Shown here piece by piece: positions 14,579-29,210 of a stretch of DNA of 64,000 nt. The notes under the pieces are model-generated. The model was given only the letters and a program-made list of their open reading frames with translations. It was not told the origin of the DNA and made no database searches. The stretch lies in assembly GCF_004010195.1 (NCBI RefSeq), contig NC_057719.1, positions 30,251,853 through 30,315,852 on the forward strand, in the 5' to 3' direction. This stretch comes from Chiloscyllium plagiosum (lineage: Eukaryota). The position numbers and the translations under genes were made by a program. Each line of letters begins with the position of its first letter. Positions within the stretch are counted from its first letter, which is position 1.

Positions 14579-15395
14579 TGTGATGATACTGTGCATTTAA
14601 GTACACAGTATTACTTAATGTGTCTGTCCTGTTTCTCTTGAAGAGGGTTGTTGACACCATGGTTTAAAAATGTGTTGCTGGAAAAGCGCAGCAAGTCAGG
14701 CAGCATCAAAGGAGCAGGAGAATCGACGTTTCGGGCTTATGCTTCATATTCCTCATTGGTGAATTCTGCTCAAATCTGTGCATGTGCCCGAAACATCGAT
14801 TCTCCTGCTCCTTTGATGCTGCCTGACTTGCTGCGCTTTTCCAGCAACACATTTTTAAGCTCTGATCCCCAGCATCTGCAGTCCTCACTTTCTCCTTGTT
14901 GACACCATGGTGACAATATGTCTGTAAAAGAAGCAAATGCTCAACAGCTTTGAGCTAAGTGTTTTTTTTAAGTAAGGCAAAAGAAGCATGAATGAGGGAG
15001 TCAGGCTCACACTGATCCAGGGTTTTAGTTTTGCTTTCAGTTGGGGTTTGGAGTTGGTTGTTGAAGCTGCTAGATTCAGCTCTTTCACTGCTGCAACACA
15101 AAGCTTGAGTTCTGTCTCTGCTGCTAGATTGTTTGTTTGTTGTTTCTTTCAATGTTCCTTTCATCTGGAGTGGAGAGGAGATAGCACGTGAGAATAATCT
15201 ATTGTGCTGAATTTGCCTTTGCCAGGTGTGTGTTTATGGGATGCTACCATACCTATTTTTATGATCAACCTAGTTGTGGACCAATCAAATCCTATCTGGA
15301 ACAAAGTGCTTTTCAGTTGCCTTTAAATAAAATAAAAGTTAAGGACTAGGCTATCTCCTTGACATATTTTGAGGGAGTTTGGTCTGGTCCATAAA
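14579..15395 (+). mobile_element. Probable solo LTR, interrupted by the hairpin element at 14664
   Basis: Begins TGTGATG, non-coding, AATAAA near 3' end, ends ggtctggtccataa; boundaries uncertain. Confidence 0.4.
14664..14895. mobile_element. Penelope-derived hairpin element with ~73-bp near-perfect arms; centre replaced by a copy of 14279-14325
   Basis: 16-bp direct repeat TTGTTGACACCATGGT at 14648-14663 and 14896-14911; arms differ at one position. Confidence 0.9.
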
Positions 15396-15495
15396 ATAAA
15401 TCCAATGCTAATTTTGCTAATTGAGCATTTCATGAATAACATGAAGAATTTGACACCAAAAGAAACCTGTAAACATTGCTTTCCTGTCTGTTTAG

Positions 15496-15624
<129 letters not shown>

Positions 15625-16575
15625 TAATCTGTGCTGTGTAATAAAACAAAATTATAGTCATATCTGTATATTCAATGATTTTTGTTGTTAACTTATGAAT
15701 TCCTTCACAACCAACCTGGAGTTAGTCTCTTTGTTCTCAAACAGGAACTGGAGTAGTTAACTATCCCATTTCCTGTTTCCAAGTAGTAATTTCGATGTAA
15801 TTCAATATAGATGATTCCACAGCAAGTTGTTTTGGATGATCTATCTTCAGTTGAGACAAATATTCTTCTGCCTATCTGTGATTAAAACACTAGATTTTTT
15901 TTCTGATATTGTAGTCAATAGTTCTCTCCTTCTACTCCCGATGTAAATGATTTCTCTGCAAAAGATTAAGTGAAACCTCTATCAAAAAGAGCACTTGATG
16001 CACCTTTCCACCTGCTACCAGAAAATTGAAATAATCCAATGACAAATGTTAAAATATAAGAACAGCAAGCATCAATGTGTCCTCCACTGATGTTTGAAAC
16101 AGTGGTGATATTGTCTCACTGTAGAATTCAACTCTTCTAACAATGTGGATCAAAGATTAATCAATCTCATTTTGCATCATTCACTGAGAGAATTAGTCAT
16201 TTTCAATGAGTCATGTTCTTGTGCGCTGTTGCTTGAATGTTGACTGCTGTTCTAATATAAAATGCATGGTTGCCGTATTGAGAAGTGTCATCCCACAACA
16301 CCTTAAATATTTAGTAACAAGAATGCAACCCATTATTACTTGACTTCTTTCTTACAAATTAATTAGTAAGAATTACCCTTCCCATTAATTAGTTTTCATT
16401 GATATTTTGGCAACACCTTCCAAAACCTATGTTTGATTCTGGTAAGTTCTCACTGCACCATTGTAGCAGATAGATCTATGAGCTTTCTAAGGTGCTATGA
16501 GTTGTATACGTTAGAGTAAAGTAGTTTAATCATTGGCTGTGAATGTTCAGAGTATTATCATTTTGAAAAAGATAA

Positions 16576-16788
<213 letters not shown>

Positions 16789-16929
16789 TGACAGCAGTCA
16801 CCTCTTTAAACCATATTAGTTTATCTATTGTGTTTCTAACTCATGCACGGTCATACTTTTTATAATTTGTAATTTGTTGAATTTCATTTAAAACAGTTGA
16901 AATGAAAATGCAAGGTAATTCATATTTTC

Positions 16930-18250
16930 AGAAACATAAAATATTGCAGATGCTGGAAATCTGAAATGAAATCAAAATTGTTAGAAATACTCAGCTGGCC
17001 TGACTGCATTTGATGAGAGAGATACAGAATTCATCTTTTATGTTAATGATATTTTGTCAGGTTTGGAAAGGTTTGTAGATAGAACTGTTTTTTAAGCAAG
17101 TGGAGAGGCAAGGAAATGGTTACAGTTTGTGTTGGAAGAACAACAAATTGGAAGCTATGAGATAGGGTGACAAGCAAATGTTGAATGGCAGAAGTTTGGT
17201 AGCACAAGGCAAAATGCAATGACAATGGAAGAAGAAAAAAAAGAAAGATGTGTCCAGAGAAGGAATAAATGGGGATTGTAAAATCATCAACAGCTTCTAT
17301 CAAACAAAAAAAGGAGCAGAAGTTACGATCTGAAATTGTTGAACATATGCGGGAAGGCAACGGCCTATTTGTATTATCACGGCCTAATCTTATTGTCTAG
17401 AGACCCAGGTAAAGTTCTGGGGATATGGTGACAAAACCTTCCATGGCAGATGGTGGAATTTGAATTCAATAAAAAATCTGGAGTCTAATGATGACCATGA
17501 ATCTGTTGCTGTTTGTTGGAAAACTCCATCTGGTTCACTAATGTCCTTTACGGAAGGAAACTGCCATTCCTGCCTAATCTGGCATACATTCACTGCAGAC
17601 CCACAGCAATGTGATTGACTGTTAACTGCCCTCTGGGATGGGCAATATCCAGGGATGCCCTCATCCCATGAATGAATTTTTAAAAAACATATTCCAGAAA
17701 GCTGAGAACTGACAAATTTGAAAGATGAACTGCTGTTTCTCAAGCTTACATTGAACTTTATTAGTGTAGTGCAGGAGACTGAAATCAGAGTGAAAGTAAA
17801 GCAGAAGATTAACATAGCTGCTTTATGAAACATTTCAGTACAGCACACAGATATCTTCCTGAACTCCTAGTCACTTATCCTTTGGAGAAGCAACATTTTG
17901 TCTTTCAATTAGACATTTTTACAGCTTTCTGAACTCAAAATCGAGTCCAACAATTCCAAACCACTTTTTAAATTGACATGTGTTGCTGATAATTTGCTGT
18001 TTATGCTTCCTTTACACTCTTTGGATGTCAATTTACTTGTCACGTTGCTATCATCTCATTTTCCAGTTAATTACAACCATTATTCTACTCTATCACAGAC
18101 TTTCACTCTTCACCCCCTCCCATCTACCTTGTTTTTGTCCTTGTTTAAAGCCTGTTACATTCAAAAGAAAATCATCAGCATGAAATGTTAATTCTGCTTT
18201 GCTGTATAATGTTGCTACTTGGTCTTCTGAACATTACCATGTTTTCTGTT
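16930..18250. mobile_element. Longer, decayed Penelope-like element with inverted terminal segments, interrupted by a SINE
   Basis: gcagatgctggaaatctgaaa left arm near 16945; degenerate inverted counterpart at about 18100-18250. Confidence 0.5.
17350..17688 (+). mobile_element. SINE family 2; inverted sibling at about 39180-39555
   Basis: ggttcactaatgtcctttacggaagg core and atcccatgaatgaat tail; reverse complement of 39180-39555 aligns by eye. Confidence 0.75.
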
Positions 18251-18503
18251 TATAGCCCTTTTAGAATTTGACCATTTTGGATTTGACATTATTTTTTCCA
18301 GGCTGTTCTACATTTATTGCATACCTGTCAGTGAATTTCATTCTTAAGAAAATTAAAGTGTACAGTAACTACTTGAATACCTGGTTCAGTGTTTAGGTAG
18401 CACTGGAGTTTATCATTTATGTAAGCAGCAGCAAAATACTTAAATTAACTTTGTTGCAATGGTAAATGAATTCTATATTAGAATTTTCATTTGTTAACAT
18501 TAA

Positions 18504-18725
<222 letters not shown>

Positions 18726-18882
18726 TAAATAGTATTTACTGCAGGTTTTCTAACTGTCAAGATTTTAGGAAATAGTTATTTGGTAGTATAGAACTTGAGT
18801 ATTGTTCAAAAAAAGGCTCATTTTCAGGCTCACCAGGACAATTCACAGTAATCACACTGTAAAGTGGAAAATAACATTTATA

Positions 18883-19211
18883 CAGGTACACAATTCTTTA
18901 TCCGAAGTCCTTGGGGCCAGGTTTTTGGAATTTGGAATTTTTTGGATTTCAGAATAAATTACATTTTCACAGTGAAATTAAAAAAATTACCTAACAGTAG
19001 ACACACGTGAATAGTACAAGCACTGAGACACCATTGACACCTGTCAGTGCTTGGCCACACCGCCTCGTCACATCTGAGTGACATGGTTCAAATGGGCGTG
19101 GACTCGGGTCACTTGATCACACACTAACATGATGCTCCACACTCCACGATAAAATTTTGGATTTTGGAGCTTTTTGGATTTCAGAATTTTGGATCAAGGA
19201 TTGTGTACCTC
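18883..19211. mobile_element. Tigger/pogo-like (Tc1-mariner) MITE, MER46-like termini
   Basis: TA then CAGGTACACAATTCTTTATCCGAA; matching inverted end TTGGATCAAGGATTGTGTACCT; subterminal ttttggatttcagaat repeats. Confidence 0.75.
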
Positions 19212-19379
19212 TCCTTTACAACAGGTTGACAAATGGTCTCCAATTGGTTGAGGCATTACCGTGGAGAATGTATCAGGTGAGACCTTTGGTATGGCACATT
19301 TGCACGTGCTGGAAGCTACAAATAAGGATACTCAGGACCCTGTTTTTTGAAGACTGAAAGATCATATACATAAACTGAA

Positions 19380-20330
19380 CATATTTCAATGCAGCAAAAT
19401 TGGCAACGACCATTCTCCAGTTCATTGGTCAAGGCATTGTCCTGAGAAATTAAATTCAACCTTTTTTTCCCAAGAATTTAAATAGAACTTTGGAAGTAAC
19501 TGTCAGTCATTGTTAATTATCGCATTCGCCATGGCAGTACCTGTACCTATCATAGTCCATTTGCCAACCAATTAAAAATCTCTTCTACAACAATATAAAT
19601 GTTGTTATTCCTTTACTATTTCTTGCAAATTGTCCTAATGAGTGCCAGACAAGTAGCTTTGACATAATGTGGCTTTTTTCAGTCATATTGAAATTCTGCA
19701 ATACTAAACAACACTGAATTATTTAGTAAACATTGTTCAGTTGCAGAACCACATCAGTGTTGGAAAATGTGTTTTCAGTTTTGCAAGCACAGTTTGATTT
19801 GTACTACCAGAACATTACATGTTGCAAATAACCAAATAGACGTGTTATTTGATAAGATCAGGGGTCTGTACATTCTTAGTAACGTACCAGCACTGAAATT
19901 CATATGCAGCATTGCTAATTTGTGTGATTAGGCATTTTGGCTTTATGACAGCATTCCATAAGGGGAAAACGCCACAGTGGTGTTACTCCTGTATAGTAGC
20001 AGCATGAATAGCTAATTCCACCTGTTGCTCAAACTTTTGTGATAATTTGCACTTTCAGAGTGATCTGAGATAGATTGGACATTCTTTTCATGATCAGTAG
20101 TGATGGTCGTTGACCAATTCATGAATTTATGCAATATATATAGCAAGAAATTGTCTGATCATCGTAGCTATTATCCTGCAAGATGGCTTTGATGCGTACT
20201 ATTTCAACACCAAGCTTGCATGTGAACAAATGACTTGGGCCCTAATTCTGAAGTTGCCAATCTTTAAATGCATGGCATTATAGGTATTCTACTATGTGAA
20301 TAGAGACCAGTAAGCAAAGGTTTGCAGCAG
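19380..20330 (-). mobile_element. Ancient Penelope-like remnant (GIY-YIG region on minus strand plus inverted pLTR segment)
   Basis: Similar to 25350-26410; decayed hammerhead-like tgtcCTAATGA...gaca near 19631. Confidence 0.45.
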
Positions 20331-20754
20331 GCAGTAGTAAAGAACTTTGATTTCACAAGTGGGACATTAAGGAAATGGAGCTTGTTTGACTGCTCCATTT
20401 CAAAAGTAAATTTAAGTACAAGATGTATAATCCCTTTTATGACATCTAAGGGAACATGTAAAATATGTCTATTTTCGTGGGCATAGTATGTTGATGTGTA
20501 TATTTATGCGTTCAAGCAGAATCTTCTTACTGTCAGTGAGCTTCAGCTTATTCATATGTTTACGAGCCACAATTCATATTTAATGTAAAAATGTAAAAAC
20601 CCTTTTCAGTTTCTTCAGCTTCTTCCTAATTTGGCTAAATAATTAAAAAGCAGTTTTCTATAAACTCATTTTTCCAGAACGCCAATTTGAAGAAAGTGAT
20701 TAAAATGTTACAATGCATTTAATGTGTATATATGAGTCACATAAATTAATTTAT

Positions 20755-21095
20755 GGGTGCCACACTGGCTTAGTGGTCAGCACTGGTACCTCACAATGTC
20801 TGGGACCTGAGTTCAATTCCACCCTCAGGTGGCTGCTGTGTGGATCTTATACATTCTCCTCGTGTCTATGTGGGATTCCTCTATGTTCTCTGATTTCTTC
20901 CCACAGTCCAAAGTTGTGCAGGTTAAGTGGATTGGCTTTGGTAAGTTGCCCTGTAGTATCTAGGGATATGTAGTCTAGGTGGGATAGCCATGGTAAATGC
21001 GGGATTATGGGGATAGGGTGGGATGCTGTTTAAAGGGCCGATGTAGACTTGATGGGCCAAATGGCTACTTTCCACACTGTAGGGGGTTCTATGAA
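20755..21095 (+). mobile_element. HE1-like tRNA SINE, older copy
   Basis: A-box TGGCTTAGTGG, B-box GAGTTCAATTCC, CR1-derived tail. Confidence 0.85.
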
Positions 21096-21666
21096 TTTGC
21101 CATTGTGTGTGTAAAGTACAAGAACTTGGTTATTTAAATGGTGTGCTATTTCATAACATTGGTGCATGATCTTTATGTTCAAAGGGAATCAAACTATTCC
21201 TGCATTCTGATAAGATGGAGTGATGAACTGCTCCCTGTTCTAAGATCTCCAAGTTGTTGACCCCAGATACAAACATGTATGAGTAATAATTTTTAAAAAA
21301 TAAATCTATTTTTCTAAACAACCTGTTCAGAGATGCTATTACACACCTCTGGAGCAGGTTCGTTCTCAAAACCGGGTTTCCTGCTTCAAGGATAGGGACA
21401 CTACCACTGTACCAGAAGAGGGCCCCATGCATCAGGTATAATGCTCATTGAATAAATTCCTGGTGGAGCTTGTGATGTATTCAGTTTGTCAAGGCAAGGA
21501 TTAATTTAAGATGATCTGGCACTGGGTTTGTGAGATTAGTCTCCATTCCTCAAATTGTAAGGTACTAAACATGAGCAGATTTTTAAGTAAATACTTTTCA
21601 AATAGATTTGGAAGCAACTTCCTGATTGTTGATTAGGTAAAGTTATAATGCAGATTCTTAAAATAA

Positions 21667-21927
<261 letters not shown>

Positions 21928-22199
21928 TGATTATAAGTAGCTATAGAAGATTGAAAGAGGACTTTTAAATGAAGCTTTGATAAGCATGGGTGTCTTTTTA
22001 GCCAATTTTATAATGTTATAATTTTAAAAGGCAATGTCTACTAGCATTGTAATGTAAGATCCAACATTTTATGGTCCTCTAAGCTTTTCTGTTTGTATTT
22101 GCAAGCTATCATTATTTTTGATACTTAAAACTTAATTTAAAATCAGCATCTGAATGACAAAAGACTGATTTCACTTTTAAATTGAATTTCTAAAATTTC

Positions 22200-22560
22200 C
22201 TCACCCTGGACACTCCACCATCCTCCATAAATCCCCACACATCTAAACTCACTTGCTTATATGCTGTTGCACAACAGTCCAATTCACATATCACCTCTGT
22301 TCTTGCTAAACCCTATTGCTTTAAATTTAAATTACTCAACCTTGTATTCAAATTCTTTCATGGTATCACCCCATTCTGTCTCTATCAATTTGCAACCCAA
22401 AACTTTGCAAGAACTCTGAATTTTTCTAACTCAGACTCTTGTGCATTTTCTACCTCCCAAAAATAGTTTCATGCCCAACTCTAGAATTTCCTCCATTTTA
22501 TTTCCTTGTCACCTTCAAGACCCATCTCATAAGCCCATGAATTGATAAAGTAGCATTTCC
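22200..22560 (+). mobile_element. Ancient L2 LINE 3' fragment
   Basis: SHITSVLA...FKLLNLVFKFFHG remnant resembling the L2 HITPVL..LHWL motif. Confidence 0.5.
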
Positions 22561-22644
22561 TAATGCATACTTCCTTTGTTGGAATCAAATTTTGTGTGTC
22601 ACTATGCTTTTGTGAAGAGCTTTCAGAATTTTTCTCCATTATAT

Positions 22645-22985
22645 AGAAACAGAGAAAATAGGTGCAGGAGTAGGCCATTCGGCCCATTGAACTTGCACCA
22701 CCATTCAATACAATCATGGCTGGTCATGCAATCTCAGTATCCCATTCCTGCCCTCTTCCCAGTCCACTTGATCCCTTTAGTGCTAGGGCCACATCCAGTA
22801 TATCTACTAAACTGTCTCCCACAGAAAGCTGTTTAGGCAAATTCCACAGGTTCACAACTCTGAGTGAAGAAATTCTTCCTTATCTCAGTTCTGAATGGCT
22901 TAGCTCTTATTCTTAACCTGTGATCCCTTGTTCTGAACTTCCCCAACACTGGGAACTTTCTTTCCACATCTAGCCTATCCAGTTC
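22645..22985 (-). mobile_element. CR1 3' end fragment
   Basis: aggagtaggccattcggccc inverted tail followed by ORF2 C-terminal remnant. Confidence 0.75.
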
Positions 22986-23391
22986 CAATGACATATTAGT
23001 AAAATCCACTTTATACCTATTATAGGGTTACAAGTTTATTAGATGTTAAGCGTGCGTTGGTGATAGTACTCTTGTTATTGAGGCAAATGTTGAAACCTAC
23101 CTTTCTAATGAGACTTTAATGTAAGAACCTTTCTGTTCTCTCAAATGAGTATAACAAATCTTGTTGCCCTTTCTAAAGACATGCAGGAGAGTTCTCCCAA
23201 AATTTGGCAACATTAATTCCTTAACAAAAGTTAAGCATTTATCAGATTGTCTAGGATAATGTGAGAGGTTTTGAATGATTGCAAGTTTATTTCTTTTTAT
23301 TTCTTCCCATTTTAAGATTGCGTCTTTTTATACTTTGTGCATATTTTAATACATAGAGTTAGTTATGTTACCTACTTTAAAAAGTGGAATT

Positions 23392-23660
23392 TCTTTTATT
23401 CATTTGTGGGATATGGGTGTCACTGGCTGGGTCAGTGCTTGTTGCACTTCCCTAGTTTCCCTAGAGAAGGTAGCGGCGAGCTGCCTTCTTAAACCTCTGA
23501 AGTCCATGTGTTATAGGTAGACCCACAAAGTGCTTAGGGAGGAAGGTCCAGGATTTTGACACAGCGACACGGAAGGAAAGGCAATATATATCCAAGTCAG
23601 GATGGTGAATGGATTGGAGGAAACTTGCAGGTCATGGTGTTCCAATGTATCCCTTCTAAA
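23392..23660 (-). mobile_element. LINE 3' end fragment (CR1/L2 group); second copy at about 24420-24680
   Basis: Minus strand reads ...SKSWTFLPKHFVGLPITHGLQRFKKAARRYLL then a tail ending cccacaaatgaat. Confidence 0.65.
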
Positions 23661-23853
23661 AGGGCTATTGGCTTACTTAGAAGAACTTATTTCTGACTAT
23701 TCTAAAAACATCTTAGAAACACAAAATTACAGAACCAGGTTCCACAGTCCTGCTACATTTATAATATTTCTAAGCGTGATATATAAATCCAACAGTGCTT
23801 GCAAGTTATTATAATAGAAAATGTAATAATTTTGAGTTATTTTGATAAAATGA

Positions 23854-24195
<342 letters not shown>

Positions 24196-25349
24196 TAGAG
24201 GTGGGCCTTAAGATTACTGGAGATTTTGGGTTCAGACAGATGGGGACTGGTGTCAAAACAAAATGGTTCAGTCACAAAGATTGATGCGCCTCAGAACTCA
24301 GAGGCAATCAGCATTGCACAGGAGGAGGCAATTTGTCCCATTTGGTTGTGCAGTATTCTGTATTCCTCAAATGCTTGTGCATAATCGTAAGCTTTGTCCA
24401 AAAACTATACTACCAATCTTTATTTATTCACTCATGGATATGGAAAGTAGATATTGTTAGCTAGACAGTATATTTTGCCTGTCCCTAGTTGCCCTTGAAA
24501 AGATGGTGGTGAGCTCTGCCCTTGAACCTACAGCAGTTGATGTGCTGTAGGTCAACCCGCAACGCCAAGAGGGAATTCTAGGATTTTGACCAGGGATGGT
24601 GAAGGGATGGCAATATATTTCCAAGTCAGGAAGGTGAGTGGAGGGGAGGGGCTTGGAGGGGAATGTGCAGGTGGTGATGTTAGAATCATAGAATTCCTAG
24701 GCCCATCAAGACCACACCAATCTTCCAAAGAGCATCTAATCCAGACCCACCCCCACTCTATAATCATGATCATGCAAAACACTTGTAGTCAGAAGGCTTT
24801 GTTAAAATTCATGAGAAGTTGCAAACCTCCCAACACAAATGGTGTTGTTTAACATCCTCAACCCAAGTCTTTGAACTTCTCCACTCTTCTTCCTCTCCTT
24901 AAACTTCCAATCCAGTTCTTTCCCTATTGCCTAATCTTCAGCTTACTGTTTTGTGAAACATCCTGCCATGATTCTTACTGACTTATTTTGATGCTCAGCT
25001 GGTCATTCCTCTTATCCCTAATACTTCTTTTTCTTTGCCTTTACTTTTCTAAGCACTGATGTTTACTGACTGTGACTCTTTCCCCACTCCTATCTTATAG
25101 AATTTATTTTCTGCTAAAGAATAATTTTCTCAGGTGAACTCTATTTTTCTAATCAGTTCTGGTTCAACACCTATCTTTTCTGCTTATTGCCAATTCGTCT
25201 TGGAAAATTCAATAGCCTCTTTCCTCAGTATTGCCATTAATTCCAATTGTAGTCTGACTACTTATATCCAGCCCTTCCAAATTTACCTTCATCCAATATA
25301 GCTTTACATTATTTATACTAGATTACTAATACAAAATTAGAACATTACT

Positions 25350-26410
25350 TCAAAAAGACACATTTGTCAAAGATTTTCTTCCTATAGTTTACAGCGCAGT
25401 TCATGAGAAATACCAAAGTAAGGAGAAATCAATCTTTTTATTGTTTGAAAAGAGAGTTCTATTGGTAGAAATGTTTCCATAGAAAATGTATCAGTTAATG
25501 ATGGGTGATAGTTAACTGCCAAGCTTCATTTAAATTTAAACCAAATAGTTTAACTCTGATGAAGGCATTTCCCTGAGAAATGAACCAGATAATGACTCTT
25601 ACCTATTTGTTCTGTAATCAGACACAGCATGTGTGTACCTTCTTTCAATCTGCATATATACATAGCTTTAGTATACACAGATGAGCTAGATTGCAAGCAC
25701 AACTGACAATACTAAATTGGTTGCCAATGTAACTCTGTATACTCTTGGTATTATTTATCAAATTGCTGAATCACATCTAATGTTGGACACTCTGTTTTGA
25801 GTTTTGCAAGAGTAAGATGGTTGGGTATGGTTAGTACCTTAAGAACAACTGAAGGGAGATGCTCTTAGATACAATCTGTCACTTTTTGGGTAGTGCAATG
25901 TAATACTTTGCATCACACCAGCTCTAAAATTCATATACCACATTATTTATTTGTGATAGGCCGAACATGTTTGACTTGACCACAGCATCCTGTTAGTGGT
26001 GGGCACCACTCCATGTTCCTATTACATAGTAATGGTGTGAAACAATTTCACCTGTTGCTTTGAGACATCTGCCCTACTGGGGTAATTGAGATAGACTGGG
26101 CTTTTTCACAACTAAAGGTGAAGGCATTAGATCTGTTTGTGTAGCCATTATTCCACAGAAAGACAAAATGCTGTTTCAACTCAATAAAATAAATGATAGC
26201 TTTTCTCAAGTGATGCCTTGACCAATCAGTGTCATCAGCCTGGTTTAAAGTTTAAATGAAGTTTGGCAATTAACTTTCAGTTGTCATATAACTGGTTCAT
26301 TCTCCATGACAATGCCAATGAACTAATCAGCATTCTCCTCTGAGTAAAAATGATTTTACCCCTTTGCTTTGTTATTTCTCGTGAATTGGCCTGAGTGCAA
26401 GAAATAGGAA
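25350..26410 (-). mobile_element. Ancient Penelope-like element with inverted pLTR segments
   Basis: 25440-25550 is an inverted copy of 26250-26340; minus strand encodes decayed CDSAI...NQFSIVSCACNLAHLCILKAMYI, resembling a GIY-YIG C-terminus. Confidence 0.55.
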
Positions 26411-26694
26411 ACAAAGAGTAGGAATGAAAATGTCTTTTTCCAAGTGGTAGGCTGTAACAGTTTGGATACTGCAGTGATCAGTACATTCAATTCTGATATA
26501 GCATGATAGTTCTGTTCTCGTACAATCTTCCATTATGAGACAAGCACGCAATAGCCATGCCATTTAAACTAATGGGGCCAGAATCATGTTATAGCCAAAA
26601 CACGAGAAAAGTTCACATTCTGCAAATAATGGTCTAAATTCTTAAATCACGTTAAAGCCAATGTGTTTTGAAGAGATGCGCGCTATATCAGAAC

Positions 26695-27540
26695 CGGCTA
26701 TAATTGGACCCCAGCTATTCACTAAGGCCCTAAATGATTTAAATGAGAGAACTAAATGTAACATCTTCAAGTTTTCAGGTGACACAAAGCTGGGTGGAAG
26801 GCTGAGCTGCGAGGAGTATGCAGAGATGATTCAGAGTGATTTGAATAAGTTGAGTGAGTGGGCAAATTATTGGCATGTGAAATATAATGGGGACAAATGT
26901 GAAGTTATACACTTGGTAGCAAAAACAGGAAGGTAGATTATCATCTGAATGGTGATAGATTGGAAAAGGGGGGTACAATGAGATCGGAGTGTCCTTGTTC
27001 ACCTGTTACAGGAGACGAAGAAGGCCAACGATACGTTGGTCTTCCTAGTGAGAGGATTCAAATATAGGAGCAGGGATGTCTTTCTCCAATTGTTCAGGGC
27101 TTTAGTGAGACCAGATCTGGAGTTTTAGTTTCCTTGCCTGAGGAAGGATGTTCTGTTTATGGAAGTAGCCTGTGAAACCTTTGTTGCACTGATTCCTGGG
27201 ATGGCAGGATAGACGTATGAAGAACAGATTGGTTACTATATTTACTCGAGTTAAGAAGAATGAAGGTGGGAGTCTCAAAGAAACCTAAAAAAAAATTATA
27301 ATAGGACTAGCCAGGGTAATTTTAAGATAGGATGTTCAGATGGTTGGGTAGTCCAGAACCAGAGGTCACAATTCAATGATACGTGATAACTCATTTAAGA
27401 CTGAGATAAGGAGAAATTTCTTCACCCATTAAAGGGTGAGCTTGTAAATTTTCTTCTACTGAATATAGTTAAGGCCAAAACATTGGATTTTTTCAAGAAT
27501 GAAATAGATATAATTCTTAGGGCTAAAGGGATCATAGCCA
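26695..27540 (+). mobile_element. Old CR1 RT/3' fragment
   Basis: IGPQLFT..LNDLNE...KFSGDTKLGG in ORF 26661-26936. Confidence 0.8.
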
Positions 27541-27726
27541 TAGTCAATTGTCTATCACAAGTTTACCTGCAACAAGTTGATTTCCAAGCAACGTAATATA
27601 TTGATGATTTTCTGCAGTGTTGCTAAGCAATGAAATTGCATGATGATAATTGCATAACTTGTATTAATTAGTCTAGCAATATGATTATTGTTGTGGCAGA
27701 GTTAAATCATATGTTTGAATTAATGA

Positions 27727-28002
<276 letters not shown>

Positions 28003-29210
28003 TAAACAGAACAATGATTATGATTTTAACTTTTGAGAGACCATTTTGTATTTATTTTAACTTTCTTTAAATCTTGTTGTTAAGGTAATAATTAAACTCC
28101 CAAATGCTCAGCTACCTCTCTTTATGTTAGCTCTTGGCAAAATCAGAAATTGACTCTGCTCAATTGTATCGTCATCTTGCCAATCTCAAAAAAGCTTTCA
28201 TTTCCCTGGATTCAAGTTAAACTAGGCCTGCCTTTCCTCTCTGAGGTACTGAGCATGTTTCAATCTATTTCTGTGTCTTATAAATGAGCACAAAAAATTT
28301 ACCTTACTATTTACCTTGTTTTCAGTACCAGATGAGTAGGCAAGCCCTTGTTCCTTCTGAGTTGCAAAATAGCTTTAAAGAAGAATGACACGTCATGCAG
28401 CATGGCCAAAGATCAAACAGTAATCCTTTGTTTCTGTGCTTCACGTTTATTGGATATCTCTGATCTACACGTTAGACTTTAAGATATAGGAGCAGAATTA
28501 GGCCATTCATCCAAATGAGTCTGTTCCACCATTCAATCATGCTGATGTTTTTCTCAACCCCATTCTCCCGCCTTCCCTATGTAACTCTTGATCCCTTTAC
28601 TAATCAACAACCTATCTATCTCTCTCTCAAATAAACTCAATGAACTCCACAGCAATGAGTTTCAGAGATTCACCACCCTCTGGCTGAAGAAATTCCTCCT
28701 CATCCCAGTTATAAAATGTTATCCCTTCACTCTGAAGCTATGCTGTCAGGTTCTAGTCTCCTAGTGATAACATCATCTCCACATTCCTTCTACCCAGACT
28801 CTTGGTATTCTGTAAGTTACAATCAGATCCCCCTCAACCTTCTCAACTCCATTAAGTATAGACCCAGAGTGCTCAATCACTCCTAATGTGACAAGCTCTT
28901 CATTGCCGGGATCATTCTTGAAAGCGTCCTCTGGACTCCTCCAATGCCAGCACATCCTTCCTTAGATATGGGGCCCAACACTGCTCACAATTTTCCAAAT
29001 GCGGTCTGACCAGAGGTTTATACAGCTTCAGCAGTACATCTCTGCTCTTGTATTCTAGCTCTCTTGAAATGAATGCTAAGATTGTATTTGCCTTCCTAAC
29101 ACGCAACTGAACCTGCATCTTAATCTTAAGTGATTAGTGAATTACGACTTAAATGTGCCTTTGAGCTTCAGAATTCTGAAGCCTTTTCCCATTTAGAAAT
29201 TTGTCTACGT

